Shown piece by piece: positions 38,052 to 50,357 of a DNA stretch of 64,000 nucleotides; position 1 is the stretch's first letter, and each line of letters opens with the position of its first letter. The position numbers and the translations under genes are program-made. Source of the stretch: Octopus sinensis (taxonomy: Eukaryota). Location of the stretch: the NCBI RefSeq assembly GCF_006345805.1, contig NC_043017.1:16058001-16122000 (forward strand), given 5' to 3'. The notes beneath the pieces were generated by a model, which was given only the letters and a program-made list of their open reading frames with translations, ran no database searches and had not been told where the DNA came from.

Positions 38052-38253
38052 CGTCCCACACATCCTCCTCCTTCTCCGCCAATTCCAGAACCAAATGGAG
38101 AATCGATGTCCTATGTTTCGTTGCATTCTCCAAGTCGATGCCTTTGTCAAGGATTCTGCAGACTTTCTGAAGATCAAAATGGGAAACGGCTTCTTCGAGA
38201 TCATTTTGCAAAGGGAACGACTTGTCGTATGTTTCGTATTCCAGCAGAGCATC
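38052..38253 (-). CDS. Ankyrin repeat and SOCS box protein, exon 2 (DALLEYETYDKSFPLQNDLEEAVSHFDLQKVCRILDKGIDLENATKHRTSILHLVLELAEKEEDVWD)
   Basis: Acceptor ttccag|GAT; donor G|gtgggt, phase 1, matches the next exon (G+AT=D). Ankyrin-like LDKGIDLE...RTSILHL. Not in the supplied ORF track because it lacks an ATG. Confidence 0.8.
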
Positions 38254-38431
38254 CTGGAAAAAGGAGAAAACAGAACCAAAAAAAAACTGATTTTAGGAAG
38301 ATTTTACAGAAAACCAGTCCAAAATAATGCATTCAGGGATTTCATTTTCAGTTTTAAATCTCAATCTGCTTGGGGTGGGGGGTGGGGGGCAAGACCAGCT
38401 ATTTCTTAGTTTGATGAAATAAAAGACCAAA

Positions 38432-38466
<35 letters not shown>

Positions 38467-38616
38467 TGTGTCTGTGTGGTTAAGAAATTAATTACTCATT
38501 CACATGGTTTTGAGTTCAGTCCTATTGTGTGGCACCTTGGGTAAGAGTCTTCCATCATAGCAGGCTGACCAAAATCTTGTGAGTGCATTCGGTACATGGA
38601 AACTGTAAGAAGCCAG

Positions 38617-38676
<60 letters not shown>

Positions 38677-38679
38677 ATG

Positions 38680-38743
<64 letters not shown>

Positions 38744-38761
38744 CATATATATATAATATAT

Positions 38762-38829
<68 letters not shown>

Positions 38830-39239
38830 TTGATAAATATATAGAGAGACAGACAGATCTATATATATATATATATGCATGTATCCATCCCAAGCTAGCA
38901 TGGAATATAAATGAAGAGCCAGGGTATGCTCACAAATGACAAGGATTAGAACATAGATGTGATGGTAGAATAAGAAAGAGAAGGTCATAATATACGCGGT
39001 CAGGTGTTGCCAAGAAGGTGCGAGAAGGGAGTGGGGGTTGCAGTGACAGGTGAAGAGATGTGGGTAGAGGACAAGAAAGGAGATTGAAAGACAATCATAG
39101 TTTATAAAAAGGGAAATGTGAGGAAGAGAAAGATGCTGTTTAGAAGAGGAGGAGTTTGGTTTCTTGGTGTCAAAAAATTGTTGTTCCAAGTGGGTGGGAC
39201 ACAACTCTTCTAGCACTCAGTTTTGCTGACGTGGGTGGG

Positions 39240-40770
39240 TCTTCTCTAGAACCTCACATCACCAAACATTTCAGTCCATCATAATTTCCTCTGTGAGCCC
39301 CAATATCCTAAGATCAGTCTTCACCAGTTCATCCCATGTCTTTCTGGGTCTCCCTCTTTCAAAGGTACCATCCACTTTCTGTATCCAGCTGTCTTCACTC
39401 ATACGCCTCACGTGTCCAAACCAATGCATTCTCCTCTCCTCCATGCCACATTTAATCCCTCTTACACCCAACTTTTCTCTCAGCACAGCTGTGCTTCGTC
39501 AGTCATACAAAATCCAATGTAGCTTACTACCTTCCTTCCTTCCTCTCCAGCCTACGCATGTCCTCCGTAATCAAAGCCCCTGTTTCACTACCATGCAAGA
39601 TAGCAGTTCTCACATAACCATCATACAATTTACCTTTCTCTCTGAGAGAGAGTCTTTTTGTTGCCAACACAGGTAGTAGCTCTTCGAACTTCTCCATCCA
39701 AGTCTTATTCTAGAAACAATACTTTTAAAGCATCTACCACCATTACTAATTTGATGACCTAAATAGCAGAAACTATCTGCTACCTCAAGAGAGCCTGCTG
39801 GGCATTTGGGAGTCTAAATACCCTCATGCTCTTAATGCTTATTGTTCCTGTGCATCTGCCACACATGAAAGTAATCTTATCTCTTAACCTACCTATGATT
39901 CTACTGCATCTACTATGCCTCCATACCTCGTACACAAATGGAATTACATCCCACTCCTCTCCTACATACTGAGCGGGGCCATTTACCTGACAGAAATAGT
40001 CTTATCCACTTTATTGTTAACAACAGTTTTAGTCTTTGCCAAGTTAACTTTAAGAGGTGGAGGCACATGGCCTAGTGGTTAGAGCAGCGGACTAGCAGTT
40101 GAGGGGTCACAGGTTCAAATCTCAGACCGGGCAATGTGTGTGTTTATGAGCAAAACACCTAAGCTGGTAGAAGGTAATGGCGAACTTCTGCTGACTCTTT
40201 CGCCACAACTTTCTCTCATTCTTTCCTCCTGCATCTTGCAGCTCACCTGCGATGGACCGGCATCCCATCCAGGTGGGGAACCTATATGCCAAGGAAACTG
40301 GGAAACCGGCCCTTATGAGCCAGGCGTGGCTTGAGATGTAACAACTTTAAGGCCATCTGATTCCAGGTTTTGCTTCAAAATCTGGAACTTCTCCAATTCT
40401 ACTTCAGATTCTGCAATAAGAGCAAGATCCTCAGGATATAGCATTTCTCATGGGCATCCAGTTTTGAATTCCTCTGTTATGGCCTGGAGAATTACGAAGA
40501 ACAAGAATAGACTAAGAACTGATCCCTGGTTAATTCCAACTTGTACACTAAATTCACCACTGTATTCAAGGTTGACTCTCACTTTACTGACAGCATCACT
40601 GTACATGGCTTGTATGGCTCTAACAAACCACTCCTCTACTCCCAGCTTCCTTAAAGACCACCCGGTAAGAGAGCAGGGGACCCTGTTGAAAGCTTTCTCT
40701 GGGTCAACAGAGGTTAAGTACAATGGTTTATTTTTGACCAAATACTTTTCTCGTAACTGTCTCACCAGGA
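39240..40770 (-). mobile_element. RTE-clade LINE, 5'-truncated RT remnant, interrupted by a SINE at about 40060-40340
   Basis: RQLREKYL.KNKPLY...VD.EKAFNRVP...W.LRKLGVEEW.VRA.QAMY, QGSVLS..LF, and C-terminal LREKLGVRGI..ERR.HWFGHV.RM..GRPRKTWDE.VKTDL. Confidence 0.88.
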
Positions 40771-41354
40771 AAATGGCATGTATGTATGTGTGTGTGTATG
40801 TATGTATGTATGTATGTATGTATGTATGTATGTATGTATGTATGTATGTATGTATGTATGTATGTGTGTGTGTGAGAGTGTGTGTGGTCTAGTGGTTAGG
40901 CTGTTGCTCTCACAATCACTAGACTGTGGGTTCGATTCTCAATCTGGCCGACATGTTGTGTTCTTGAGCAAAACACTTCATTTCTCATTGCTTCAGTCCC
41001 CCTTTCAGTCAGGGGGGGGGGATGTTGGCCTACTCACCCAGTCAGCAGGGTGACATCATTTGAAGGCTAAAAAGATGCAAAGCGCATTGTGATCAGCAAT
41101 GTGTAACAACATCTGATAGGCTGGTTGGTCATGTGATCACATGACATACATACATATACACACATACATACATGTGTGTATGTGTGAGTGTATGTTTGTG
41201 TCTTCCTGGCACAACATTGTGAAACAGCTGTAAATGAGTGTCACTGTCTTACAAGCAGTGTCATTCATTTTCCAATCTTCTGTGAGAACATGTTCTGGCC
41301 ATAAGAAGACACTGACTTTAGAAAATCCTGCAAGCATGGAAAAGTGGATGCTAA

Positions 41355-41670
41355 AATGGCTCAGTGGTTAGAACGTCAGGCTTACAATCATGAGGTTGTG
41401 AGTTCAAAATGCTGGACTGAGCTGTATGTTGTGTGCTTGAGCAAGACACTTCATTTCATGTTGCTCCAGTTCACTCAGCTGTAGAAATGAGTTGTGGCAT
41501 CATTGGTGCCCTTTGCCTTTCCCTTGGACAACATCAGTGGCGTGGAGAGGGGAGGATGGCATGTATGGGCAACTGATGGTCTTCCATAAATAACCTCGCC
41601 TGGATTTGAGCCTCGGAGGGGAGCTTTCTAGGTGCAATCCCATGGTCATTCATGACCGAAGGGGGAACTT
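41355..41670 (+). mobile_element. tRNA-headed SINE family D (ttgagcaagacactt..ttgctccagttcactcagctgtagaaatgagt central domain)
   Basis: Related copies at about 15125-15420(-), 40060-40340(+), 40885-41130(+). A variant tail occurs at about 25366-25562(-), 45200-45450(+), 60070-60380(+). Confidence 0.75.
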
Positions 41671-42399
41671 TAAGTCAAAGGCCATCCATGGGCTTTGAAC
41701 CCATATTTCCTGTAAGTAAAATAGCTTTTGAGATTTTTTATTCAAAAAGGTTTTGCGACCCAATAGTTACACTGTTGCTTATAGCTTTTTATGTACTTTG
41801 AGAACCAATTACCCCACACTCCACCCCCAAACCAAACATTGTGTAATAACAGGCGTGGCTGTGTGGTAAGAAGCCTGCTTCCCAACCACATGGTTCTGGG
41901 TTCAGTCCCACTGTGTGGCACCTTGGGTAAATGTCTTCTGCTATAGCCTCACAGCGACCAAAGCCTTGCAGGTGGATTTGGTAGACGGAAACTGAAAGAA
42001 GCCCATTGTATATATATATATATGTATGTATTTGTATATATATGTGAGTGTGTGTCTTTGTGTCTGTGTTTGTCACCCCACCACTGCTGGACAAATGGTG
42101 TTAGTGTGATTACATCTCCATAACTTAGTGGTTCAGCAAAACAGACTGATAGAATAAGTACCAAGCTTAAAGAATAAGTGCAACGGTTGTTTTGTTTGAC
42201 CAAAATCCTTCAAGGTGGGGCTCCAGCATGGTCGCAGTCAAGCAACTGAGACAAGTAAAAGAATATTGGTCAGAGTGGTGCCAATGCCTCTCAAGAGAAT
42301 CCAAAATCGATTCAGGTTGTTCCCATTGTGTATGAACAGCCATGCTACATGGTAGGGAGACTTAGGCTGTGACTGCAGAGGACATGTGAAAGCCTGAAA

Positions 42400-42975
42400 G
42401 AAATGAAGCGAGGATGAGCTGCTCCATGTGCAACGTCAGTGTGCATGTGCAACAGAGCATAAGTGTTTTAGGAGAAATATTGGGTGTAAGTGGCATCATA
42501 TGTGGTGTGCAAGAGAGAAGACTGCACTGGTATGGTCGTATGATGTGTATGGACGAGGACAACTGCAGAAAGAAGTGTTGGTCTGTGATTGTGGAGGGAA
42601 CCTGTGGAAGAGGTAGATCTAGGAAGATGTGGGACGAGGCAGTGAAATATGATGTTCAGTTGTTGGTCGTCATGGAGATGACAAGGGAGGGAGGCTTCTG
42701 GTGGTTTGTTGTGCTTGAGGAGACACATCAGGCTAAGTGAACTGTGGTCCGTTGCCAGTGCTGGTGACACATAAAAGGCACCCACGCTGGTGCCACGTAT
42801 TAAGCACCCAGCAGACACTCTGTAAAATGGCTGGCATTAGGAAGGTCATCCCAGCCATAGAATCCAAGCCAAAACAGGTTACTGGAGCCTGGTGCAGCTC
42901 TCCAGCCATGTCAGTCCCAGTCAAACTGACCAACCCAGGCCAGCACGGAAAATGGACATATGATGATGAGGATGA
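42400..42975 (+). mobile_element. RTE LINE 3' end with its 3' UTR and (GAT)n tail
   Basis: RT C-terminus (QERRLHWYG..MDED.C.KKC...VEGTCGRGR.RK.WDE.VK.D) is contiguous with the ubiquitous ggaagggcatccagc...ccgtccaacccatgc..gcatggaaaacggacgttaaa(tga)n sequence. A similar junction is at about 43545-43925. Confidence 0.8.
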
Positions 42976-44334
42976 TGGTAGCTCAAAATAGGGAGTTCTA
43001 AGCAGTCAACAACTGAGGAGGGGTCAGACTTCTTTCGGTATTTAGTCCCGTACTTGTCTCTCATTATGTGTTTACATATTTTACACTCGTTGGTGACATC
43101 CTGCTCTTATTGTATATTATTTGGTAATTGGCCCTGTACTCATCACTCAGGTCTCTACATAATTTTTACTCGTTGGTGATGTCCTGTACTTGATGTCATC
43201 ATCATTTAGCGTCCGCTTTCCATGCTAGCATGGGTTGGACGGTTCGACCGGGGTCTGTGAAGCCAGAAGGCTGCATCAGGCCCAGTCTGATCTGGCAATG
43301 TTTCTACAGCTGGATGCCCTTCCTAACGCCAACCACTCCGCGAGTGTAGTGGGTGCTTTTTACGTGCCACCTGCACAGGAGCCAGATATATATATATATA
43401 TATTATATATATATATATTATATATATATGTATATACATATATGTATATATATATCCACATACATATCTATTTATTTGTCTCAGTTTATGTCCCTTTCTC
43501 TCTCTCTCCATATCTATCTCTATATTGCACATGGGCTTCGAATGCTGACCCTCACAGGGGAAACGACTAGCTACCATGACATTTGGCGATTTTCCATGCT
43601 TGCAAAGACCAGTTAAGTCAAGTGAAATCATAGTTGTGGCTGTTGTCGGTGTCACGTAGCAAGCACTTGCGCTGGCAGCTTGTAAAAAGTACGTTTTGTG
43701 TGTTGGGCCAGACGGAGGCAATGTGGCCAATGCTGGTGTTGTGGAACCGGCACCCATTACACTCTTGGAGTAGTTGGCATTAGGAAGGGCATCCAGTTAT
43801 AGAAGCTATGCCAAATCAAACTGGAATCTGGTGCAGCCCCTAGGCTTGCCAACCCTCATCAAACCGTCCAACCCATGCCAGCATGGACAACGGACGTTAA
43901 ATGATGATGATGGTGATGATGATGATGTGTGTGTGTAATTCTCGAGGACGTTGTTCCAAACTCTGAAAAATGGTAAGCACTGTCCCCCACATGCCATTCC
44001 TCAAACATTCGTGCCAGGGGCCAATACAGTAATAACTGCTCGCTACCCACAAAATAATTACGTAACATGATCCAAGTTTGCTGCTCAGTCTTTCAAATTC
44101 TACAACCAAACAATCGAGTGGATCCAGCCATTTCGTGGATTCCACCGACTGGAGATGGTGCCACGCAGACTGAAAACCAAAACCTTGGAAGCCAGGATAT
44201 ACACAGAGACGCCGCGAAAACGGTGCATCTTGCGCCGAGTCGGCACATTACACACACACACAAACATATATATGTGTATATATATATATATATATTAATA
44301 TATATATATATAAACATATATATATGTGTATTAT

Positions 44335-44389
<55 letters not shown>

Positions 44390-45538
44390 ATATATATATG
44401 TGTATATATATATATAACATATATATATGTTTATATATATATATATATATAAACATATATATGTGTGTATATATATATACACATATATATATGTTTATAT
44501 ATATATATATATATATAAACATATATATGTGTGTATATATATAGTGCATTTAAATATGGTGTAGATGTTTTGCAGTGAGTTAATCTTGACCAAGTTGATC
44601 CATGATCAAAGACGTTCCTGCCGTAGCCATCACCTCTAATTTCATGCAAAGCACTACATTTTCAAACGTGTTCTTTGTTTTCTTTTATGATGAGGGGTTG
44701 AACGGAGGTCAATTTGACTGTTATGTCTAGCAGGCAGAACAATTGTGTGCAGACGCGATAGCAAACAGAGATATGATGTATAATATATACAGCGTACATA
44801 ACCATACAGTGTGTATATATATATATAGAGAGAGGTAAAGAGCGTATAGACAGATTGGTATATTATTATATATAATGTAAATAAACAAACGGTTTTATAT
44901 TTAGAATCAGGTCAAGTGTGGAATCTCCTTTAAAGGAATGCATTAAGGGAGAGATTAACACAAGTATTGTATTAGTTCATGATGTGTATCCAGGGTGTAT
45001 ATATCTTACCTCGATCTCTTCGTGAAGATCTCTATAAGATAACATCGCCAGCGAGAGGGAAATTCTATAAAAATATTGAAAACAGACAAATGGAGGAAAA
45101 GCACCGGACTAGAGAGTTAGAGAGAAGAGTCAATGAGAGTTACTTCCCTTGCTACATAAACTGTTTCGGTGTGTTCGTGTGTGCGAATGTATGTGTATGT
45201 GGGTTCGATACCTGGCGGCGTCTTTTGCCCTTCAGCGAGACACTTTATTTCACATTGCACCAGTCCACTCAGCTGGCAAGAATGAGTTGTACTTGTATTT
45301 CAAAGGGGCCAGTCTTGTCCCACTCTGTGTCGTGCTGAATGTCCTTGAGAACTACGTTAAGGGGTTATGCATGTCTGTGGAGTACTCGGACAATTGAAAA
45401 GTTAATTTCACGGGCAGACTCTTGCGTCGAACTGGAACCCCGACGGAGTGCCTGTGTGTGTGTGTGTGTATGGATGAGTGTGTGTGTGAATGCGCGCGCA
45501 AATGCGCAAATGTGTATGTATATATACATGTACAATGT

Positions 45539-45571
<33 letters not shown>

Positions 45572-45596
45572 CATGTACAATGTACACACACACATA

Positions 45597-45664
<68 letters not shown>

Positions 45665-45693
45665 TTATATATATATACATACATGTACAATGT

Positions 45694-45742
<49 letters not shown>

Positions 45743-45758
45743 CATACGCGTATATATA

Positions 45759-45793
<35 letters not shown>

Positions 45794-45949
45794 CTATATA
45801 TATATATATATATACCTATACATACACGTGTATATATATGTATATACGTATATAAATGTACGTGTGTGTGTGTGTGTGCTGACATGTCAGATCTAGAAGC
45901 AAAGATAATGTTCGCAGTCTTCACAGCGCCACCGAGATCCTCTGAGAAT

Positions 45950-46290
45950 GTTCCATTGAAACTGTTCCATGTGGATTCCTGCTGGAGAGAAATGGGGTGG
46001 AGGTGGGGAAGGGAGTTCCAGAGGGATGACATTTTGGGGAGGAAAGACTGGGTGTAGCGATTGGTGCAGGAGTCCGGGCGGAGGTGGTGTGAGGAAGGAC
46101 GTTGGACACAGCATGAGTGATGGGAGGAGAGGGAGAGACACGCAGTCGTGAGTGGTCGGGTGGGAGAGGGTGTGGAGCCCTGCCAGCATCTGAGGAGTGG
46201 AGGCCGTTGTAGTAGCAGTGGAAAAAGCTGCGAGAGGAGACACTGCATATCAATGGGTTTGAGGCCGGGGCTTATCTGTGAATTGAGATT
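45950..46290 (-). mobile_element. CR1/L2-like LINE extreme 3' fragment
   Basis: [28 protein letters not shown]: typical CR1/L2 ORF2 C-terminus, frameshifted. Confidence 0.7.
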
Positions 46291-46599
46291 GAGTTAATTA
46301 ATCGAGTTGTCTTTCTCTGAATGCAAACTGGTGTACAGCAGGGGCAGTCGCAACCGCAGCAGTAGAAGCCGCAGCAGCAGCAGCAGTGGCCGCCACAGCA
46401 GAAACTGTAGCAGCAGCGCCTCAGTCCCAGTTGTAGACGTTATGTTTCCATTGAGGCACTCAACTGAACTCTGTAGAGGCTGAAGTATTTTCTGGTTCCG
46501 AAGAGAAGGGCCAATATTTTGGGATGTGGCCTTCGATGTATTTAGAGATCCTCGGTGAATTGTGAAATCTAGCATTTTTAGCGACGGTGAGGGATGTAA

Positions 46600-47040
46600 C
46601 TGAAAACTGCGCATGTTTAAATTTGGATAGTTTTTTTTTTCAACGGAACATTGTGGTGGAGTCTGTTATCTACCTTCTTGATGTCAAAATATATGACATT
46701 TGTGTTAGAACCCCTTCTCTTCCCCGAAATATATTTTCGCTTATTAAATCGGTGTAGAGACTATATTAATCAATCTGTGACGCATCGACCGCCATATTCA
46801 TTGCGATTTAAGAAGATGTTGCTGTCTAGGAAGTCATTTATTTTCCGTCTTCCCAGCCTCTCAAATACTTAAATGGTTTGAGAAATCAATGACATCGATA
46901 CGTAATTTCTCGTTTTGAAAACTGGGATGAAAGGCTGGGATAAAGTATATCATCCTCACCTGCGTTCAGCAATTTTCTCCTTAGATTGCTTAAAAAAGTT
47001 AATGTCGGCAAATTGTTTGCTTGAATCGACAGTAAAGTCT
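46600..47040 (-). mobile_element. CR1/Jockey-like LINE RT fragment
   Basis: PVFKTRNYVSMSLISQTI*VFERLGRRKINDFLDSN ... TNVIYFDIKK resembles RT motifs (NYRPISLTS..K.FER, D.IY.DF.KAFD). Heavily decayed. Confidence 0.65.
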
Positions 47041-48059
47041 ACGCTTTCAGTTCTTTCTCGGTTGCTCCATTCTATTCCGTCTCGGCCCAAATTCCTTAAC
47101 TAAATCGCTTCCCATTGTCGTGAAAGCCTTACCAGTGGCCCTTTATTGATCTCTTGAACACCACTCGCCAACTGCACGGGTCCATCTGTTGTCTGTGAAC
47201 CTTGCAGCATGTCCGGCCCAGCGGAACTTTTATGCTTTTCGTATTCTACGGTCACATCGTCCACTCCGTCCTCACATCACTTCATTTTGGATATGTTCTG
47301 GCAGCGATACTCCGAGTATGGATCTTTCCATGGTCCTTGGTGTTGTAGCCACTCGATGTCCTTTTCCCTTCTTCGTAGAGCTCAGTTAGAAAGGTGCTTT
47401 GAGCACAACTTCTATCCAGCCAATCGCTTTTCCTTCTTCTCCAGATTTCAGTGTCCATGTTTCGGCGCATGCTCACTGTGTGCCCCAATTATACAAACTC
47501 CTCTGCCTCCTCAGTTTCATTGCTTCCAACCTTTATTCGGCCTTGTGCTACGTCTTTGAATCGCACGTATTTTGTTTTCGTGCAGTTCATTTTAAGGTCT
47601 ACTGTTGAACTATGAGTGTCCGGCTCTGCCGTAAGAGGGTCTGCAGCTGATCTGTAATATGGGCAATAAGTACGATGCCATCTGCTAATCAGAGGTGTGT
47701 CAGAAGCTCGCCGTTGATGTTCGTGCCACCTTCCCAGTCAATGTCTGTGATGAACATTTCTAGACATGGATGAAGAGCTTTGAAGGTCTGACGCCCTTTC
47801 TAAGTGGAACTTTTAAGACTGGTGATACCACACCTGTATCAGTGGAGTATCTTCTTAAGGCTGGTGATACCAGACTTTACTGTCGATTCAAGCAAACGAT
47901 TTGCCGACATTAACTTTTTTAAGCAATCTAAGGAGAGAATTGCTGAACACAGGTGAGGTTGATATACTTTATCCCGGCCTTTCATCCCAGTTTTCAAAAC
48001 GAGAAATTACGTATCGATGTCATTGATTTCTCAAACCATTCAAGTATTTGAGAGGCTGG
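46853..48059. repeat. Inverted duplication: 188-bp arms at 46853-47040 and 47872-48059 with 6 mismatches
   Basis: Base-by-base comparison of the two arms. Confidence 0.95.
47050..47812 (-). mobile_element. RTE-1-like LINE RT/C-terminal fragment with internal deletions
   Basis: RKGVR, INGELLTHL*LADGIVL, MN.TKTKY, LGHTVSMRRNMDTEIWRRRK, TQ.TMERSILGVSL..HIQNE, FRWAGHAARFTDNRWTRAV.EW. Confidence 0.8.
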
Positions 48060-48114
48060 AAGAACTTGTAGAATTCTGAGTCTCGTAGAATTCCATTTTC
48101 TCTCCCTCTCTCTT

Positions 48115-48221
<107 letters not shown>

Positions 48222-48359
48222 GTGTGTGTGTGTGTACACTCGCATACATTTCTATGTAATACATCAAGACGGACTCTTCTGTAATCTCCCAACAAATATC
48301 AAATATTAATGAAGTTATTAACTAAAATTATTCTGCTGGAGGAGGCTTACACACGCATA

Positions 48360-48448
<89 letters not shown>

Positions 48449-48672
48449 ATGTATGTATGTATAAACGTATGTGTGATATGTATATATGGATACACACACA
48501 CACACACACACACACCGCTTTCACAAGATGTACGCATCTTCGGTTTAATCTTCTAATCCTTTCTGTTTGGAACAAGCTAAATACGCAGAGAAAAGTTCAT
48601 CCTTCGCACATCCCAACTGCTCACTGCACAATATTCTTTGATTAAATCCGCCGCCAACCTAAGCGAGACTAC

Positions 48673-48675
48673 CAT
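48673..48675 (-). CDS. Probable start codon of the ankyrin/SOCS-box gene, at the end of a mostly non-coding exon 1 (about 48673-48900)
   Basis: ATA ATG|gtagtc gives a phase-0 donor that joins to GAT GCT CTG to yield MDALLEYETYDK. There is an in-frame TAA upstream, CpG-rich context and an ETS-like CTTCCGG at about 48906. The donor is only moderate, so this is inference. Confidence 0.5.
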
Positions 48676-49094
48676 TATGCAAATTAGTCTATCCTCTTCG
48701 CTGTTGCCGGCATATCTGGTGGCCAAGTGATGCCATTAGTTGCGTAATCTTCCTCTGACGGTGCGGGGGCGGTGGTGGTGGATGGGGGTGGAGGTGTATG
48801 CGGTGTCTGTGAACTCGTCTCAGGTCGTTCACTCTTTATTCTTTGCAGACGTAAAACCGACGTTTGTTTACATGTGTCGCTTTGTTTATTTACACCTTCA
48901 TGTAGCTTCCGGCAACACACACATACACACACACACTTCCTCCGCCTCCGACTCGTGTGCAGCCGGGACCAGGATTTCGAGATCCGTACCAATACCCGGC
49001 CCTCTTGTTCATGCGTCGCAGATAGCCTTCGACCCTTGTCTAAACTGCCCTTACCTGCGTTCCTCAAATCGAACGTACCACCGCCTTCTCTCCT

Positions 49095-50135
49095 TCGCCA
49101 CTCCAATTCCCCCAACCCATTTTCCTCTCCGTTTCCACCCCTCCACCCTACTCCTTCGTCGGAAGATCCTGCGGGACTTCCGTCGTCTTCAGCTAGATCC
49201 CACCATCCTCTCTGTTTTCTTCAACCCACCCTTGCCCTCCTTCAAAAGCGCCAGTAACCTACGCACCTTACTGGTCCGTAGCTCCCTCCCCTCCTCCATT
49301 CCAACTCATCCCGGATCCTTCCCCCGTTGCCACACTTGTCCTTTCATCACCAACACCACCTCCCTCACTTGATCCAACCAGCACACCCTCTACATTAGGA
49401 ACTCTTTCTCCAGCACTTCTTCAAGCCTCATTTACTCTATCAGGTGTAATCTTTGCAATAAACTTTCCGTGGGCCAGACGGGCCGCCGGCGAGCCGACCG
49501 GTTCACACAACACCTACGAGACGTTCGTCTACGTAAGAACACCGTCTGACATTTTCGCTTGGCGCCCACGCCACCTCAGACCTCACCGTCTTCGGCCTTT
49601 CCCTACACCATGGATCCACCAACTCTAGGCTCCGCCTGGAACAGCATTACATTTTCACCCTATATACTTACACTCCTTTCGGACTTAACACGACCCCCTC
49701 CTCTCAGTGACTTTCCCTACAAACCCTTTTTTGAAAAAAACATTTCACTCTATCTTTTTATTCGTTTATTCTTATATATAATTTTTTAAAAATAATTTTT
49801 ATTTATTTCTGTTACTGATTTATTCACATTTATTGTTTTATTATTACTAATTTTTATTTTTCATTATTTATTTATATTATTTTTTATTTCTTATATTCCT
49901 ATACCACACCTCTCTCTCTTTCTCTCTCTTTCTCTCTCTCTCTCTCTAACACACACACGTGTGTGTGGATATAGTTTTTTTTTTATTCTCTCTCTGTTTA
50001 TTTATCGTGTTCCTTTCTGTTGAAGAGCGTAGGCTCGAAACGTAAAAAACTTCCTCACCTTCCCAAGCGTTAAACTAATACACCTGCTTGTTGTTTATAC
50101 ACCTGTCTTCGTAGTTTTGTTTTTCTGTAAATTTC

Positions 50136-50140
<5 letters not shown>
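49095..50140 (+). mobile_element. Penelope-like element 3' remnant: GIY-YIG endonuclease region plus 3' tail
   Basis: NLRTLLVRS, RCHTCPFI, LIYSIRCNLCNKLSVGQTGRRRADRFTQHLRD, RLRLEQHYIFTL.T..PFGLN (Penelope GIY-YIG signature). The AT-rich tail ends in a hammerhead-like motif at 50014-50047. Confidence 0.85.
50014..50047 (+). ncRNA. Degenerate hammerhead ribozyme-like motif in the Penelope tail
   Basis: ttt-CTGTTGA-A-GAGC-gtag-GCTC-GAAA-CG-TA-aaa. A6 of CUGANGA is mutated to T, so it is probably inactive. Confidence 0.5.
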
Positions 50141-50193
<53 letters not shown>

Positions 50194-50357
50194 ATATATA
50201 TATATAAGTTAAAAGAAGAAAAGAAGATGGAGATAAGGAAGTTAACAATTATTTATTATTAATTAATGGTTCAAATTTGTAATCAAATTATGGAGTATTA
50301 GTTGAACCTGTTGTAAGAAGCGAAGATGATCAATTTGCTAAAAATTATTTCTACTCT

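Noticed and set aside
40066-40135. tRNA-like sequences (also at about 41355 and 50358, and the heads of family A)
   Set aside because: They continue straight into SINE bodies and lack a complete cloverleaf, so they are SINE heads rather than tRNA genes.
43930-44245. GC-balanced unique-looking segment with open frames (ORFs 43897-44145 and 44067-44387), considered as ASB exon 1
   Set aside because: No ATG plus phase-0 donor combination fits. Its position next to (TA)n resembles the other microsatellite-associated repeat tails. The 48673 candidate fits better.
44240-45720. Higher-order repetition within microsatellites (e.g. acatgtacaatgtacacacac x3)
   Set aside because: Explained by ordinary slippage or unequal exchange, and error-prone in assemblies.
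48684-49115. 143-aa minus-strand ORF (MGELEWRRREGG...EEDYATNGITWPPDMPATAKRID)
   Set aside because: It starts inside the antisense of the Penelope remnant and crosses a (GT)n tract. It is better explained as promoter/5' UTR of the ASB gene.
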